From the NCBI RefSeq assembly GCF_001194135.2, contig NC_069006.1:480899-544898 (forward strand): a stretch of DNA of 64,000 nt, written 5' to 3'. Each line of letters opens with the position of its first letter. Within the stretch, counting starts at the first letter, position 1. A program made the translations under genes and the position numbers. Positions 51,121-64,000 of this stretch are shown one piece after another. The stretch is from Octopus bimaculoides (taxonomy: Eukaryota). The notes below the pieces were generated by a model. That model had not been told where the DNA came from. It made no database searches and was given only the letters and a program-made list of their open reading frames with translations.

Positions 51121-51297
51121 ATGATGATAACGATGATGATGATTTCTTTTATTGGCAACCAAGGCCCAAGATACTGAGAACTACATGAAAATATAAGGTA
51201 GAACACAGAAAAAGGTGGGGTTTACATCGATCAAAAGAGAAAACAACAATAAGGTTATAACAAAGTTTCTAATAATAATAATAATAACGGTTGTGAA

Positions 51298-51610
51298 GGC
51301 GCGTGGCTTAGTGGTTATGGGTATTCAGCTCACGGTCGTAAGTTCGATTCCCGGTGGCGCGTTGTGTCCTTGAGCAAGAAGCTTCATTTCACGTTGCACC
51401 AGTTCATTCAGCTGGCAGTAATGAGTTATACCTGTAATTGAAAGGGGCCAACCTTGTCATATTTTGTGTCACGCTGAATCTCCCTGAGATCTACGTTAAA
51501 GGTACGTGTGTCTGCGGAATGCTCAGCCACTTGCACGTTAATCTCCCGAGCAGGTTGTTCCGTTGATCGGATCAACTAGAACCCTCGTCGTCGTAACCAA
51601 CAGAATGCCA
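51298..51610 (+). mobile_element. SINE family C, full length (tRNA head + Meta/V-like core)
   Basis: GGCGCGTGGCTTAGTGGTTA (A-box), AGTTCGATTCCC (B-box), GTTGTGTCCTTGAGCAAG core, tail ending CGTCGTCGTAACC. Confidence 0.88.
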
Positions 51611-51624
51611 GTTTTTCTTTTTTT

Positions 51625-51840
51625 AATAATATTGGTTTCGAACTTTGGCACAAGGCCAGCAATTTTGGGGGTTGGGTAAGTCAATTACATCGACCCCAAT
51701 GTTCAATTGGTACTTCTTTTATCAACTCAGAAAGGATGAAAGGCAAAGTCGACTTCGAAAGAATTTGAACGCAGAATGCAAAGAACTTTAATAAATGCTA
51801 CTTCGTAGTTTAACCTGACGCTCTAACGACTTTGCCAAAT
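51625..51840 (-). mobile_element. SINE family B
   Basis: TTGGCACAAGGCCAGCAATTTT...GGATGAAAGGCAAAGTCGAC...GCTCTAACGACTTTGCC. Confidence 0.85.
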
Positions 51841-54094
51841 TCCAGCAGAGGCCTTGAAATGTAAAAGAAAGAGCAGGATCAATTCCATCGACATCAGTGG
51901 TGCTTTTATTAACCCCCCCCCCAACTCAAAATGTAAAGTAAAATTAACTTTGGTTGCATTTGAACCCAGAATGGAAAGACTCGGAAAAATATTGCGAGAG
52001 TTTGGTAAAAGTGCAAGAGAAAGAATCAGCTACAAAGAGAAACTAGTGGGGTCTAGTGTAGGGGGGAGTATTGAAGAAGAGGGGACAGTTGTGACAGTGA
52101 TGGTAGGAGCAGGGTAGAGACGTGTGTCATTGGTAGTTGCAGCAGGTTAGGGATTGGTACACCTAATTCAAATAGTTATCAGTCAATTGTCGTACAGTCA
52201 ATAGAAACAGTATATATTTTCTCTCCATAATACATTTCGTTCTATAGTTGATTAATCTTCGTATTATTCGTAAAAATAATATAGTACTCTATGTATATGA
52301 GAGTATGAGTTTGGTTTTGTTTCATAGTTAAAGTGTTAGATACGTTGACCGAGCAGAATGTTATAATTGATTATGAAGGAAAGCGCGACACAGAATCGGT
52401 GAATCTTAGATCTTTAAGCTTAGGTAACATTGGTGGTTAAGACAGTGGAATGGCTGAACTGGTGTCATCCAAGAATATATAATTACTCAGAGAACACTAA
52501 CTTTGTAAATGAATAGTATATACTGTATTAATAACATATCCGGACAGCACTAAAAGGAAATACATGAGACTTACGCAAATCATGCAATAGAGAAAACCCC
52601 GCATTTTTGTCCCTATTCGTCAGGAAACTCAGTGACTGTGGATCGGAACTATTCCAGGAAAGATAGTGCATCGTAAAAAACAAAAACTATTCGTTAATAA
52701 ATCTTCAAACCTCACTTTATGTCTAAAAGTTTTTCATATGAAAAAAAACAGCCAGTGGATATCACGAAAAGAGTTAACGATCGAGTTGCCTTTGGAGAAA
52801 AATTCCACTTGGACAATTTCTTATGCATGTCAGTTAAAGACACATTGTTCGAAACCAAACGAAAGTTCAACTTGCGTTGCGAATTAGGCACCCAATTATG
52901 TTGTTTATGCGTTTGGATGGAGAATGCGTCGACCAAAGACATTTCGGGTCTTCCACATATTTGCTGACGTGGCAAATGAGAATCAGCCTAACTGGTGCAT
53001 TGTGGGTAAAGAGATTTATTTGAATACCAAATATTACCCGATTGATGATATATGCGCATTACGTACACGAACTTTGAGTAGGAAAAGAATGAAACATAAT
53101 TACATTGATTGATAATAATTATAAACTCTACATTATCTATTTGAATATTGCTTTCTCTTATTTGTATTCAAAAATTCATCTAGACACACACACACAAATG
53201 TATATATTATATATACTTTATATATATATACACATATGTGTGTATAAATATATACTTATACAGAGACAGTATATTTTTGCACATGTATACATGAATATAT
53301 AGACGCACATATATATGTATACATATATATCAATACACATACATATACAAATGTACACACACACATATATACATATAGATATATTCACATATCTTTATGC
53401 GTTAGTTACAGTGTGTTCAATACTGTATGGTAGAGCTAAAAGAATGTCATCTAACTTCACATGAAGTGATATACACGCAAACTACACAAAGAGCTATTGA
53501 TATTAAGTTAAATATCAATACTTTTTGTTCCTGTATTTATATGTAAAAGCGTATATACATACATAACTGATATATATTCTTCTGAATATATATACGTCTC
53601 TCAGACTCCCTTCCTAAACATGTGTCTGTATGTGTGTGTATGCGGGGGAGGGGTTATAAACAAAGTTTCATGTGTCTACATGTACAAACATGCACACATA
53701 TGCACAAACAAATCTATGCACTAACATATATATACACATACATACGCACAAATGTACTTACATATACACAAACACACACAGATGTACAAACATACACATC
53801 TATATACATAAACGTACATACATCATTCACAAATACACAAACATTCACAGACCTCAACACACATGTATTTAAGCACCTTTATGAATGAGCACACACACAC
53901 ACATATTGTACGTATTAATTCATTCATATTTACGAGTGTATATATGTATATTATATACAGCATTGTTATTCAATGTAAAAGAAACAGAGAGTTACTCTAT
54001 CAATCATGCGATGTAATTAACAATCGCTTTCTAATCAATGCAACATTAATTATTCCTCTTCTATACTGTCTGCCCTTTATTGCATTCTATTGTT

Positions 54095-54370
54095 GTCATG
54101 TTGTTGTTGTTGTTGTTGTTGAGGTGACGGTGTCGGTGGCAGTGGTCTAAAGGTAGTGAGGGTGGTGGTAGAGACGTCGGTGGTGGTGATGATGAGAGGT
54201 GGTGTTGGTGGTGGTGACAGAGATGGAGGTGGTGGTAGAGGTGTTGGTGGCAGAGGTGATGTGACTGTAGTGTTGGTGGTGGTAGCAGTTGTTGTAGTGT
54301 TGATAGTAGTGGAGCTGGTGGTGGTGGTGGTGGTGGTTGCGGTCGTAGTGGTGGTGGTAGTGGTGATCGT
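54095..54370. repeat. (GTT/GGT/GTA)n block
   Basis: Direct reading. Confidence 0.9.
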
Positions 54371-55440
54371 ATTATTTTCGCTTTGTTGGATCGTGCAAAA
54401 CATGACTCAGTAGACCTATAACAAAAGGATACCCAGCTATGACCACTCCATCGAATGCGTCCCTTCGACTCTCAAGAGGGCAGAGTATTATTTGAGGAAG
54501 AGCTTGCTGTTAATTTTAGCAGGTCGAGTCATTGCTTAGATGTTCATTCATTGAACGGTTGTTGTTGTTGTTGTTGGCGTTGATGTCCTGGGTGTTGTTT
54601 AGGTCAGTTTTGGTCGAATAGTCCTCCGACTAACGCTCAAGTACAGCACACTCAACACATGTTTGATACATGTGTGTTGGGTACTTTGTGTTTTGTACAT
54701 ATTCAAGGGCAAGTACCATATATATAACTAATTTAGAGACGGACCACCACTCTACAACTCAGTCAACTCAGAACCCGTCCACATCCATGCTGTGAGGCAT
54801 GTACCATATCAATATTTATCTAAGATTTTAATCTAAAAATTTAAATTAAATAATATATATATATATAAATCATATAAATAAATCATAGAAATATTAATTT
54901 TAAGAAATTTAAAAGTCAAATTTATAAATTGGACAGTAAAAATTAATACGATGATATATAGTATGGAAGTATAAATGTAAAAAGTTAGTACTACGCGCGT
55001 TTCATGGCTGAAATAGGACTATATAAAATCATAAGCAAATTCTATCCGAGTTCATTAGAACGGGGAAATGATTTTACTCCCAAAATCAGTCACTCTCAGG
55101 TCAAACCCTAAGAAAATACCTAAAATCATTCAAGGAATAAACATAAACATGAGAAATAAAAATATATATAAAGAGACAAAATCTGTAAACTAATCCCTAC
55201 ATTAACGGTATTAATATAATTATTAAGAGTTACAATCTAAAAATATTGAAAAAGATTATTATAGTAAACAAGGTTAAAACATTATGGAATAAGTAGATAA
55301 TAGTAAAAAAAATGTGTTAGTGTACAAAGTTACTAAAAGACGGATGTCAATATTGTTTATAAAATTAAAATAAGAAAACATGACTTACCTGCCGGCGATT
55401 TACTGTAGATTAAACCAAAATAGAAGTGCTATAGAATTTA

Positions 55441-55776
55441 TACTAAAAGGTCACGTGATAAATATGGTGTCTATTACCCAGAAGTACATGCGTATTATAA
55501 TTACGAAAATAATAACGAAAATATCGAAAAAGAAAATCTACCTAAAATAAAAAGTTTCTTGAGGATTAAAAATACTAAAATACTTAAACTTGCAAATTAA
55601 CGCATAGTAATAACTATACACATACGAAAATTCTATATTACGTAAATAATGCTATGAAAATTAATACTGAAAAGTCACGTGATAAACATGGTGTCCACTA
55701 CCAGAGGTAAATACGTATTATAATTACTAAAATAATAACGAAAATATTGAAAAAGAAAATCTACCTAAAATAAAAG
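55441..55776. repeat. ~112-bp direct repeat pair in an AT-rich block
   Basis: 55441-55553 and 55665-55776 share GTCACGTGATAAA..ATGGTGTC...GAAAAAGAAAATCTACCTAAAATAAAAG. Confidence 0.9.
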
Positions 55777-56099
55777 CACGCACGCACAGACACAGACATT
55801 CTTTTAGTCAGAAGGGAAGTTAGTGCCCAGGACCCATGGTACGTTACAGGGTTACCAATAGTAATTGAAATGAGAGCAAAAGGTACAAGCAAACCAGAGA
55901 CGTGCTCCGAATGCTTGCAACAGTGTGGAGTCCGCTGAAGATGCCCATGGCACTAAGTGGTGGGAGACTGATAATGTCAACCACTCGTGAAAAGCAGGAT
56001 TTCCTCTCAGAACGCAAGTAACTGGAGCAAATACTACAAGACAACTGATCTGACATTCTTACAGTTCTGCAGCCCCACCGTCTCGAATTGACAACTTCT

Positions 56100-56222
56100 T
56101 GCTTTATTGACCACAAAAGGGGCAAAGTGTAATGCTGACTTCGACGGGATTTGAACTCGGAGCGCAAAGAGTTGGAACAAATAGCATAAAACATTCTATC
56201 CGACGCTCTAACGACTTTGCTA
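56100..56222 (-). mobile_element. SINE family B head
   Basis: GGGATTTGAACTCGGAGCGCAAAGAG...CGACGCTCTAACGACTTTGC. Confidence 0.7.
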
Positions 56223-56530
56223 ATACATACATACATACACACATACATACATAGACAAAGAAATTCAAATGCGTATATCGTTACTATTATGTTAAACTGT
56301 CGCATGTCCAAATTTGGCCAAATACGTTTTTTTTTTTTCAATATTTATTTTTGCTTGCAATAGCCGGTTCTTTGGTTCAAACCATCGTATCTCCAGCTGC
56401 TTGAGATGCCAAGATATCAAAATTCTCAAAGTGTTGTACAACGGTTTTGCTATGGAATGGTGAAACTATCTTTTCATTTTCTGAAAAGGCAACGTTTTGG
56501 ACTTACGACACTTTTGCATAATATCAATCG

Positions 56531-56638
<108 letters not shown>

Positions 56639-56881
56639 CCATCATATACATATATACATACATATGTGTATATATTTGTATATGTATGTAATTATATATG
56701 CATACATATTTAAACACATCTATCTATTTGTATACATATTTGAATTTATATATATATATACATATACATACATACACTTACATACATATATACATACACA
56801 CACCTACGCACTCACTACAGAGGCTTCTATTTATATATGTTTGGATATTTACATAAGTTCATGCGGTTGTAGTTGGCTCTA

Positions 56882-56921
<40 letters not shown>

Positions 56922-57249
56922 CCAAATCTATCATTTTCTCTTTCAACTGATTGAACTAAAATATAAATATCGATTTTATTGTTAAGAATTCAGTGAATGG
57001 AGCTCTGATGATAATGAAGATAATGATGATGATGATGATGAAGATGATGATGATGATGATGATGATGAGAGTGAGGACGAACAACAACAACAACAACTGG
57101 AAAATAACGATTATGATGATAATAATAGACCAACATTATCATGAATATGACCACCACCACCACCATAACCATACACCACCTCCACACTTTTTAAGACCAC
57201 TACCAGTATGAAGCAGAAGACAGCGATATACTGGACAGGAGTATCTAGG

Positions 57250-57870
57250 AGTACAACATAAGTAACATCAAGGAGTGAAGGAAGTTAGGAAAGGATGTGG
57301 AGAAGGAGGAGGAGGAGGAGGAGGAGGTAGTGTGTTTACTGCAGTAGGAATAGAAGGAATTAGAGAGAGGGGAGTGAGAGTGAGAGTGAGGTGGAAAGGA
57401 GAGAAAGGAGCTGAAGAGAAGAGTGATATAATGTTAAGTGGAGAGGAGAGGGGAGAGGAGGAGGAGGGAGAGAGAGGGAGGAAAAGATGAGATATGATAT
57501 AGGAGGAGAGATGATGATGATGATGATGTGCAAACTGAATATAGGAGAGAGTAGGGAGCAGAGGAGAATAATGGGAAAAGTGTGGAGGTGAAGGGTCAGG
57601 AAGAGTTTAAGGGTAAAGATTATGGAAGGGGACAAGTAGATGAGAGGATATGAGAGAGGGGGAGAGAGAGAAAGAGAGGGAGAGAGATAGGGAGAGAGAG
57701 AGAGATAGGGAGAGAGAGAGAGATAGGGAGAGAGAGAGAGAGAGGGAGAGAGAGAGGGAGAGACGGAGGGAGGGAGAGNNNNNNNNNNNNNNNNNNNNNN
57801 NNNNNNNNNNNNNNNNAGAGAGAGAGAGAGAGAGAAAAGCCAGGGTGAGGAGTAGAAAGAGAAAATGAGA
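57250..57870. repeat. GA-rich tract with 18-bp units (GAGAGAGAGATAGGGAGA)
   Basis: Direct reading. Confidence 0.9.
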
Positions 57871-58120
57871 GTGTGGAGATGAGGTGATGATATATAAAAA
57901 AAGTGAGGTGAAACGTTCGAGAAGGGTTTGGACAGATAAAAAGGAAAGAAGACGAAGAAAGAGAATAATGAAGACAGAAGGAGTAGAGGAGGGTATTAAA
58001 GAGAAAATGAGAGCCGTATGGGGGGGGGGGGCTGAAGCGATGATAGAACAAAGAGAAACATAAGAGAAGCATAAGGTGGATTGATAAATAAGGAGAGCAA
58101 GGGAGAGTAAAGAGCTCATT

Positions 58121-58242
58121 TTACCCTGAACGGGTGAAAGGCAAAGACCTCGGTGGTATTACATCTCGGAACGAATTAGAGATGGAAGAAACGACCCTAA
58201 ACATTTTGTCCAACGCCATAACGATTCTGTTAGCTCGCCGCT
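58121..58242 (-). mobile_element. SINE family B head
   Basis: GGTGAAAGGCAAAGACCTCGGTGG...AACGATTCTGTTAGCTCGCCGC. Confidence 0.7.
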
Positions 58243-58864
58243 AACAGACAAACACACAGAATAAGACGGGGGATTACAATACATTGCTTTCGCTTACGCG
58301 CGCAGAGTGATGATGTTTTGTTTTTTTATTAGCCACAGGAAGTCGAAAAGGTTCAAAAACACGAAACATTTATCAAGAGTGACAAAGAAAGAAAAACTGA
58401 TGTCTGAAAGACAAAGTTTAAAATGTCAAAAGAAGAAAGAGAGTCGGGTAGGGGAATACATGTTTATATAATATATAAATAGACGGATTAGGATTTTCAA
58501 ACTATATATATTTACCCGGAAATAAATAATAGGCTGTGAAACACTATAATGGCACCAAGATATAATTAATAGAAAATTAAATATGAAAGATTCAGTAGCT
58601 ATAATGGGCCCTCCACGAAAACTTTCCGCTAACGAATTACCGAATTGTGCCCGAGTGCAACCAAATGCACTGGTAAGTATTTTTGAAAAACTAAAAACGC
58701 CTTCGAGAGGAGCTCTTCGGTGTTTGTCGTGATATCTTTAGTTTTATTTTTACTAATGGCCTATCTTTCCAATGCAGGTTATATTCTGAATCTCACTGTT
58801 TAGGTGGGCTTTTAACGGTTTTGAAACATCGTAGCACAACATATGCTTAATTTTCGCAACATGT

Positions 58865-59187
58865 TTTTGTTTCAGCCAGTGAACTGCAGCCATGCTGAAG
58901 CAAAGCCTTGAAAAGACAACTAACTTTTGAAAGTCTGGTACATATTCTATCGGGGTGTTTTGCCGAACCTCTAAGTTAAGAGGACGTATACAAAGGATAA
59001 TAGGGAGTCAGATAAATGCCAAAGGATAACAGGGAGTCAGATAAATGCAAACACACACACACACACACATTTCTCTCGACTAAATTAACTCACAAGAGAC
59101 ACTTGCCTAAGGTTACGCGCCGTGGGACTGAACCTAGAACCACATAGTTGCAAAGAGAACACATTAATCACACAACCATACTTGCGC
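58865..59187 (-). mobile_element. SINE family A with an internal 29-bp tandem duplication
   Basis: Reverse-strand tail and head; CAAAGGATAAYAGGGAGTCAGATAAATGC at 58991-59019 and 59020-59048. Confidence 0.8.
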
Positions 59188-59920
59188 ATATATATACATG
59201 TGTGTGTGTATGTGTGTATGTGTATGTGTGTGTGTGTATGTGTGTGTGTGTGTGTATGTGTGTGTGTGTATGTGTGTATGTGTGTGTGTGTGTATGTGTG
59301 TGTGTGTGTGTATGTGTGTGTACTTTTATTAACATTTAGCAGAAGTAACAGAGTGACTCAAAGTCCGAGAGCTTCGTGTCATTATGTGTGTATGTGTGTA
59401 TGTATGTATAGATAGATAAAGGTAAAGAATGAAAGAGAGAGAAGGCGAGGTGCGCGTGCTTGAATGTACAACCAAGAAATATAAAAAAAAACTCAGCAGA
59501 AAAAGTATACACACACACATGTATGTATATATAATTCTTATTCTTATTACTATTATTATTATGACGGACGATTATTCCTCCTTCATAGTAACACGTCATT
59601 TCACAAATACAATGGTCACATGACGAAGAGTGTATATTACAGTTCGTCACTTTATGTGAATGAGTGTAGAGGAGGAATCGATCATGTTTGCATACACTGA
59701 AGATTTTCATATGCACCACTGAGTCGAAATACGTTTCGGTGCTGAACCCACACGTATTTAAGCTCCACCAGCTGAAGATGCGCTTACATAGAAAACCAGG
59801 TGCCAAAGCCAGGTGAGAGGAGAGAGAAGCGGTGGTGAACCAACACTTGTCACACATATTTCTTATCACAAACACAAAAGATACATTATATATATATGTA
59901 TATGTGTATATATATGTATA

Positions 59921-60003
<83 letters not shown>

Positions 60004-60581
60004 TAGTATGTATACAGGTATGTATGTATATATATATACATACATACATGTGTATATGCTCGCTAGCTAAGCTCTGCAGCGCTGCGCATGTGAGTAGTAA
60101 GATCTACGATTTCCAAGAAAATATGAGTGACTAGTTTATGAAAAGATGCCAACGTCACCAACGACGCTACCGTATACACACCTAAACACACACGCACACA
60201 CACACACACACACACACACGTATATTATATATATAAAAAGTACATATATATAAATTATATACCTATAATACCTACACACATGTATATGTGTACAGTTATG
60301 TTTATATGCATACATACATAGATAGATGCATATATATTTGTATATATATATATAAGTAAACACAAATGCTCGAATGTGTATCCATCCATGTCTGTGTGTG
60401 TATGGGGGGGGGGTAGTATATTTCACAAAGTAGATATGTATCTATGCATGTATGTATAAATAGCTATATATGCTTATATTCGTATGCGTATACGAATACC
60501 ACTTACACGATCACCTTGTACGAAGCTATGTTGCGTGAATAATTATCAGTTTACTAATATATATAAATTACATAATTATGA

Positions 60582-60629
<48 letters not shown>

Positions 60630-61031
60630 GCAGACAGATAGATAGATAAATAGATGCATAACTACACACATGCATATATATATACGATATATATGTTTCA
60701 AAGTATCTATATATGCATCTTTATGAAAGAGCATATGTGTGTGTGTGTGCATGTGTTTATGCGTGCTTGTGTGTATACATTCATAAATTTACCTATACTT
60801 ATATATACACAGAGATACACAAATTCAATTATACCGATATTCATCGATTAAAATTAATTAAACATATGCATATCCCTTTCTATACATACAGACTATTTGT
60901 GTGCTTGTATGTGTGTGTATACATAATGCATGTAAATATGTATATGAGTATATACACACACACACATAGATATATATTCATGCACATACGTATAAGTACA
61001 CAAAAATGTATGCTCGATTTTGTGTGTGTGA

Positions 61032-61071
<40 letters not shown>

Positions 61072-61611
61072 NNNNNNNNNNNNNNNNNNNNNNNNNNNNN
61101 NNNNNNNNNNNNNNNNNNNNNNNNNNNNNNNNNNNNNNNNNNNNNNNNNNNNNNNNNNNNNNNNNNNNNNNNNNNNNNNNNNNNNNNNNNNNNNNNNNNN
61201 NNNNNNNNNNNNNNNNNNNNNNNNNNNNNNNNNNNNNNNNNNNNNNNNNNNNNNNNNNNNNNNNNNNNNNNNNNNNNNNNNNNNNNNNNNNNNNNNNNNN
61301 NNNNNNNNNNNNNNNNNNNNNNNNNNNNNNNNNNNNNNNNNNNNNNNNNNNNNNNNNNNNNNNNNNNNNNNNNNNNNNNNNNNNNNNNNNNNNNNNNNNN
61401 NNNNNNNNNNNNNNNNNNNNNNNNNNNNNNNNNNNNNNNNNNNNNNNNNNNNNNNNNNNNNNNNNNNNNNNNNNNNNNNNNNNNNNNNNNNNNNNNNNNN
61501 NNNNNNAAGAAGAGAAACAGCCACGATGTTTAGAGCTTCGAGATATCGATTGTGGGTTTTTCCTACATCAATAACATGTATCTGTGTAAGTGTGCGTATA
61601 TATACATGCAG

Positions 61612-61667
<56 letters not shown>

Positions 61668-62024
61668 CTCAACGAGTGTGTACTATTTCATCATAGATAT
61701 CGCAGAAGATGCAAATGCTTGCATACGTATAGAAATAAGTACACTGTATACATCTGTTTATCCATCTACCTATCAAACTGTTTGTCTATCTGTCCGTCAG
61801 ACTGTCTGTCTGTCTGTCTATCTATCTATCTGCCTGTCTGTCTTTCTATCTGTCTATCATCTGTTAACGCAAGTGTGTATTATATATATATTGCATGTAT
61901 ATTCACATATTCTATACATGAATTTATATACATATTTATATAAATATAGTACACAAAAGCATATTTACTATTTATATATACATATGTACTATATATATTT
62001 ATACATATATACATATATATATTT

Positions 62025-62082
<58 letters not shown>

Positions 62083-62958
62083 TATATTGCGTATGTATAA
62101 TCATATATTCAATATAGAGAGAAAAACAAAGATGTGTACTTTGTGTATATATATATCTGTGTATGCGTGCATATATATATATACACACACACACAAGTAG
62201 ATATATACATACATAAATACACAAGCGTACATGCATTACCAGAGAGATAGTATATTAGCGTTTAGTTTTATTTATTGAATGTATAATGAAATATAATGAA
62301 TTGCTTTATTGTCTATAGATATGCATTCGCATATATATATATATATATATACGCACACACATTCATACATATATATATATATGTAGTCTTCATAAGCATG
62401 CTGTTAACATACTGACATACATCAAAGCTATCACCCACGGCTCATGTATCAATATACATTATTAATATAACTCAACGACACCTCACAAATTCACCTCAAA
62501 AGGTGAGGCACCTCTGAAGTATGGAGATAACCCGTAGATTCAAAGCTACATATCTATCTTCTTGCTTCAATTGCACAGATAACCCCTTTGGACCTGGACT
62601 CGAACACTGACCAATAACTCTGCCCCAGACAGGGGGAATTCCTCTAAGTTCGTAAAGTTTTCTCTAATTTATTATAGCAATAAAATCTTCTCTGTCCAAA
62701 AAGTGCTACATTCTCATTCAAAAGAATCGAGTGTAATTTGATGTAGATCTGAAAGCAAATTGCTAGAATGTCCAACCATATCTTAGAGTCTAGACTTCGC
62801 CGGATATCCGAGAAAAAAACAGCCAAATATACATTAAATTACCTCTCATCAGTTTGGATTTGTAAGAAAGCGTCACTTTTTGGAGAATGTAATCCTAGGT
62901 GTGTAATAGCCAAGGAGCAGGGAGAGAGACACATAGTGAGAGAGTGTGAGACCGGGAC

Positions 62959-62959
<1 letters not shown>

Positions 62960-63007
<48 letters not shown>

Positions 63008-63030
63008 AAGAGAGAGAGAGAAAGAGAGAG

Positions 63031-63107
<77 letters not shown>

Positions 63108-63118
63108 AAGAGAGAGAG
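62960..63118. repeat. (GA)n microsatellite
   Basis: Direct reading. Confidence 0.95.
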
Positions 63119-63870
63119 CGATTGTCAAGGTTTAAACGCATTTGACCTGGTGTCTCGCACTCTCAACCATGTCCTGGGGTTAAATAACTCCTTAATCATC
63201 ATCGTTTCCAACACCAACAACAAGACCACTACCACCACTAAGTAGGCAATGTCTCAGGGTTAACTCTTTAAATTACGCCTGATGATGGAGCTGTTGTATA
63301 ATATTGTGTACTCTTTTAGAACTACATTGGAGAGAGTTCTACCGAAACAGCTGTCGCTAATTAGCGCCACATCAAAGATATATATGACGCCGATAGAGAA
63401 GACCATCATCATCATCATCTTCATCAACAAGAGATTCGGATCTACGTCTGCTCACATTTTTGGGTGAGGAACACTTTCAATCGATTTCGTCAAAATACAA
63501 CACTAATTACAGGTGTGTCAAGTATACAGGTGCAGCACAATACACCACACAATCCTAACCACTACCGACGCCCTTCAACGCCTGTTTCCTCAATCAACAA
63601 TAAATTAAAGAGAAATCGAAGCAATTAGCTTTGTTATGAAGAGTTCTTAAGGATGCAGTCATTTTTTTTTAGTTGTTTATATATAAATACATATGTACAT
63701 TCACACGTTCGCACGTGCATATGTGTATGTGTGTGTGTATTTATGCATGTAAATAGGGGTATGTGCGAGTATATACATATATATATATATATATATATGT
63801 ATGTATACATATATATATATATACATGTGTGGTGTGTGAGTATATATATATATATACATACATATGTATA

Positions 63871-64000
63871 TACATATGTATATACATATATATATATACA
63901 TACATATGTATATACATATATATATATACATACATATGTATATACATATATATATATACATACATATGTATATACATATATATATATACATACATATGTA
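63871..64000. repeat. 30-bp perfect minisatellite (TACATATGTATATACATATATATATATACA) x4.3
   Basis: Exact 30-bp period to the end of the window. Confidence 0.95.

Noticed and set aside
52666-53112. Overlapping 60-87-aa ORFs in non-repetitive sequence
   Set aside because: No recognisable protein motif in any frame; lengths are within random expectation
55383-55391. ACTTACCTG as a U1 snRNA 5' end
   Set aside because: Downstream sequence does not match U1; it is simply the reverse complement of a splice-donor consensus

Overview
Gene-poor, repeat-saturated animal genomic DNA from a short-read draft assembly, with about 15 N gaps that mostly open inside microsatellites. The SINE families and extreme (TA)n/(CA)n/(GA)n/trinucleotide load point to an octopus or other coleoid cephalopod; this is my recognition of the repeats, not a database result. 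I found no credible host protein-coding gene, rRNA or CRISPR array, and nearly all ORFs in the track are microsatellite or gap artefacts. The interpretable content is decayed mobile DNA. It comprises (1) an internally deleted Ty3/gypsy LTR element with Gmr1-like end architecture (5127-6068); (2) an RTE-clade LINE with a 5' inversion and a degenerate 16-bp TSD, a twin-priming signature (19577-21137); (3) two restriction-like-endonuclease LINE remnants, HERO-like (about 38640-39606) and R4/Dong-like (45198-46395), the latter beside a cluster of inserts bounded by (TAA)n; (4) a near full-length mellifera-type mariner pseudogene, a second mariner and several MITEs; (5) about 30 copies or fragments of tRNA-derived SINEs with shared modules; and (6) a tRNA-like pseudogene, a 360-bp local duplication and several tandem repeats. 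All protein motifs were translated by hand, and family names rest on recalled consensus motifs that need Dfam/Repbase confirmation.
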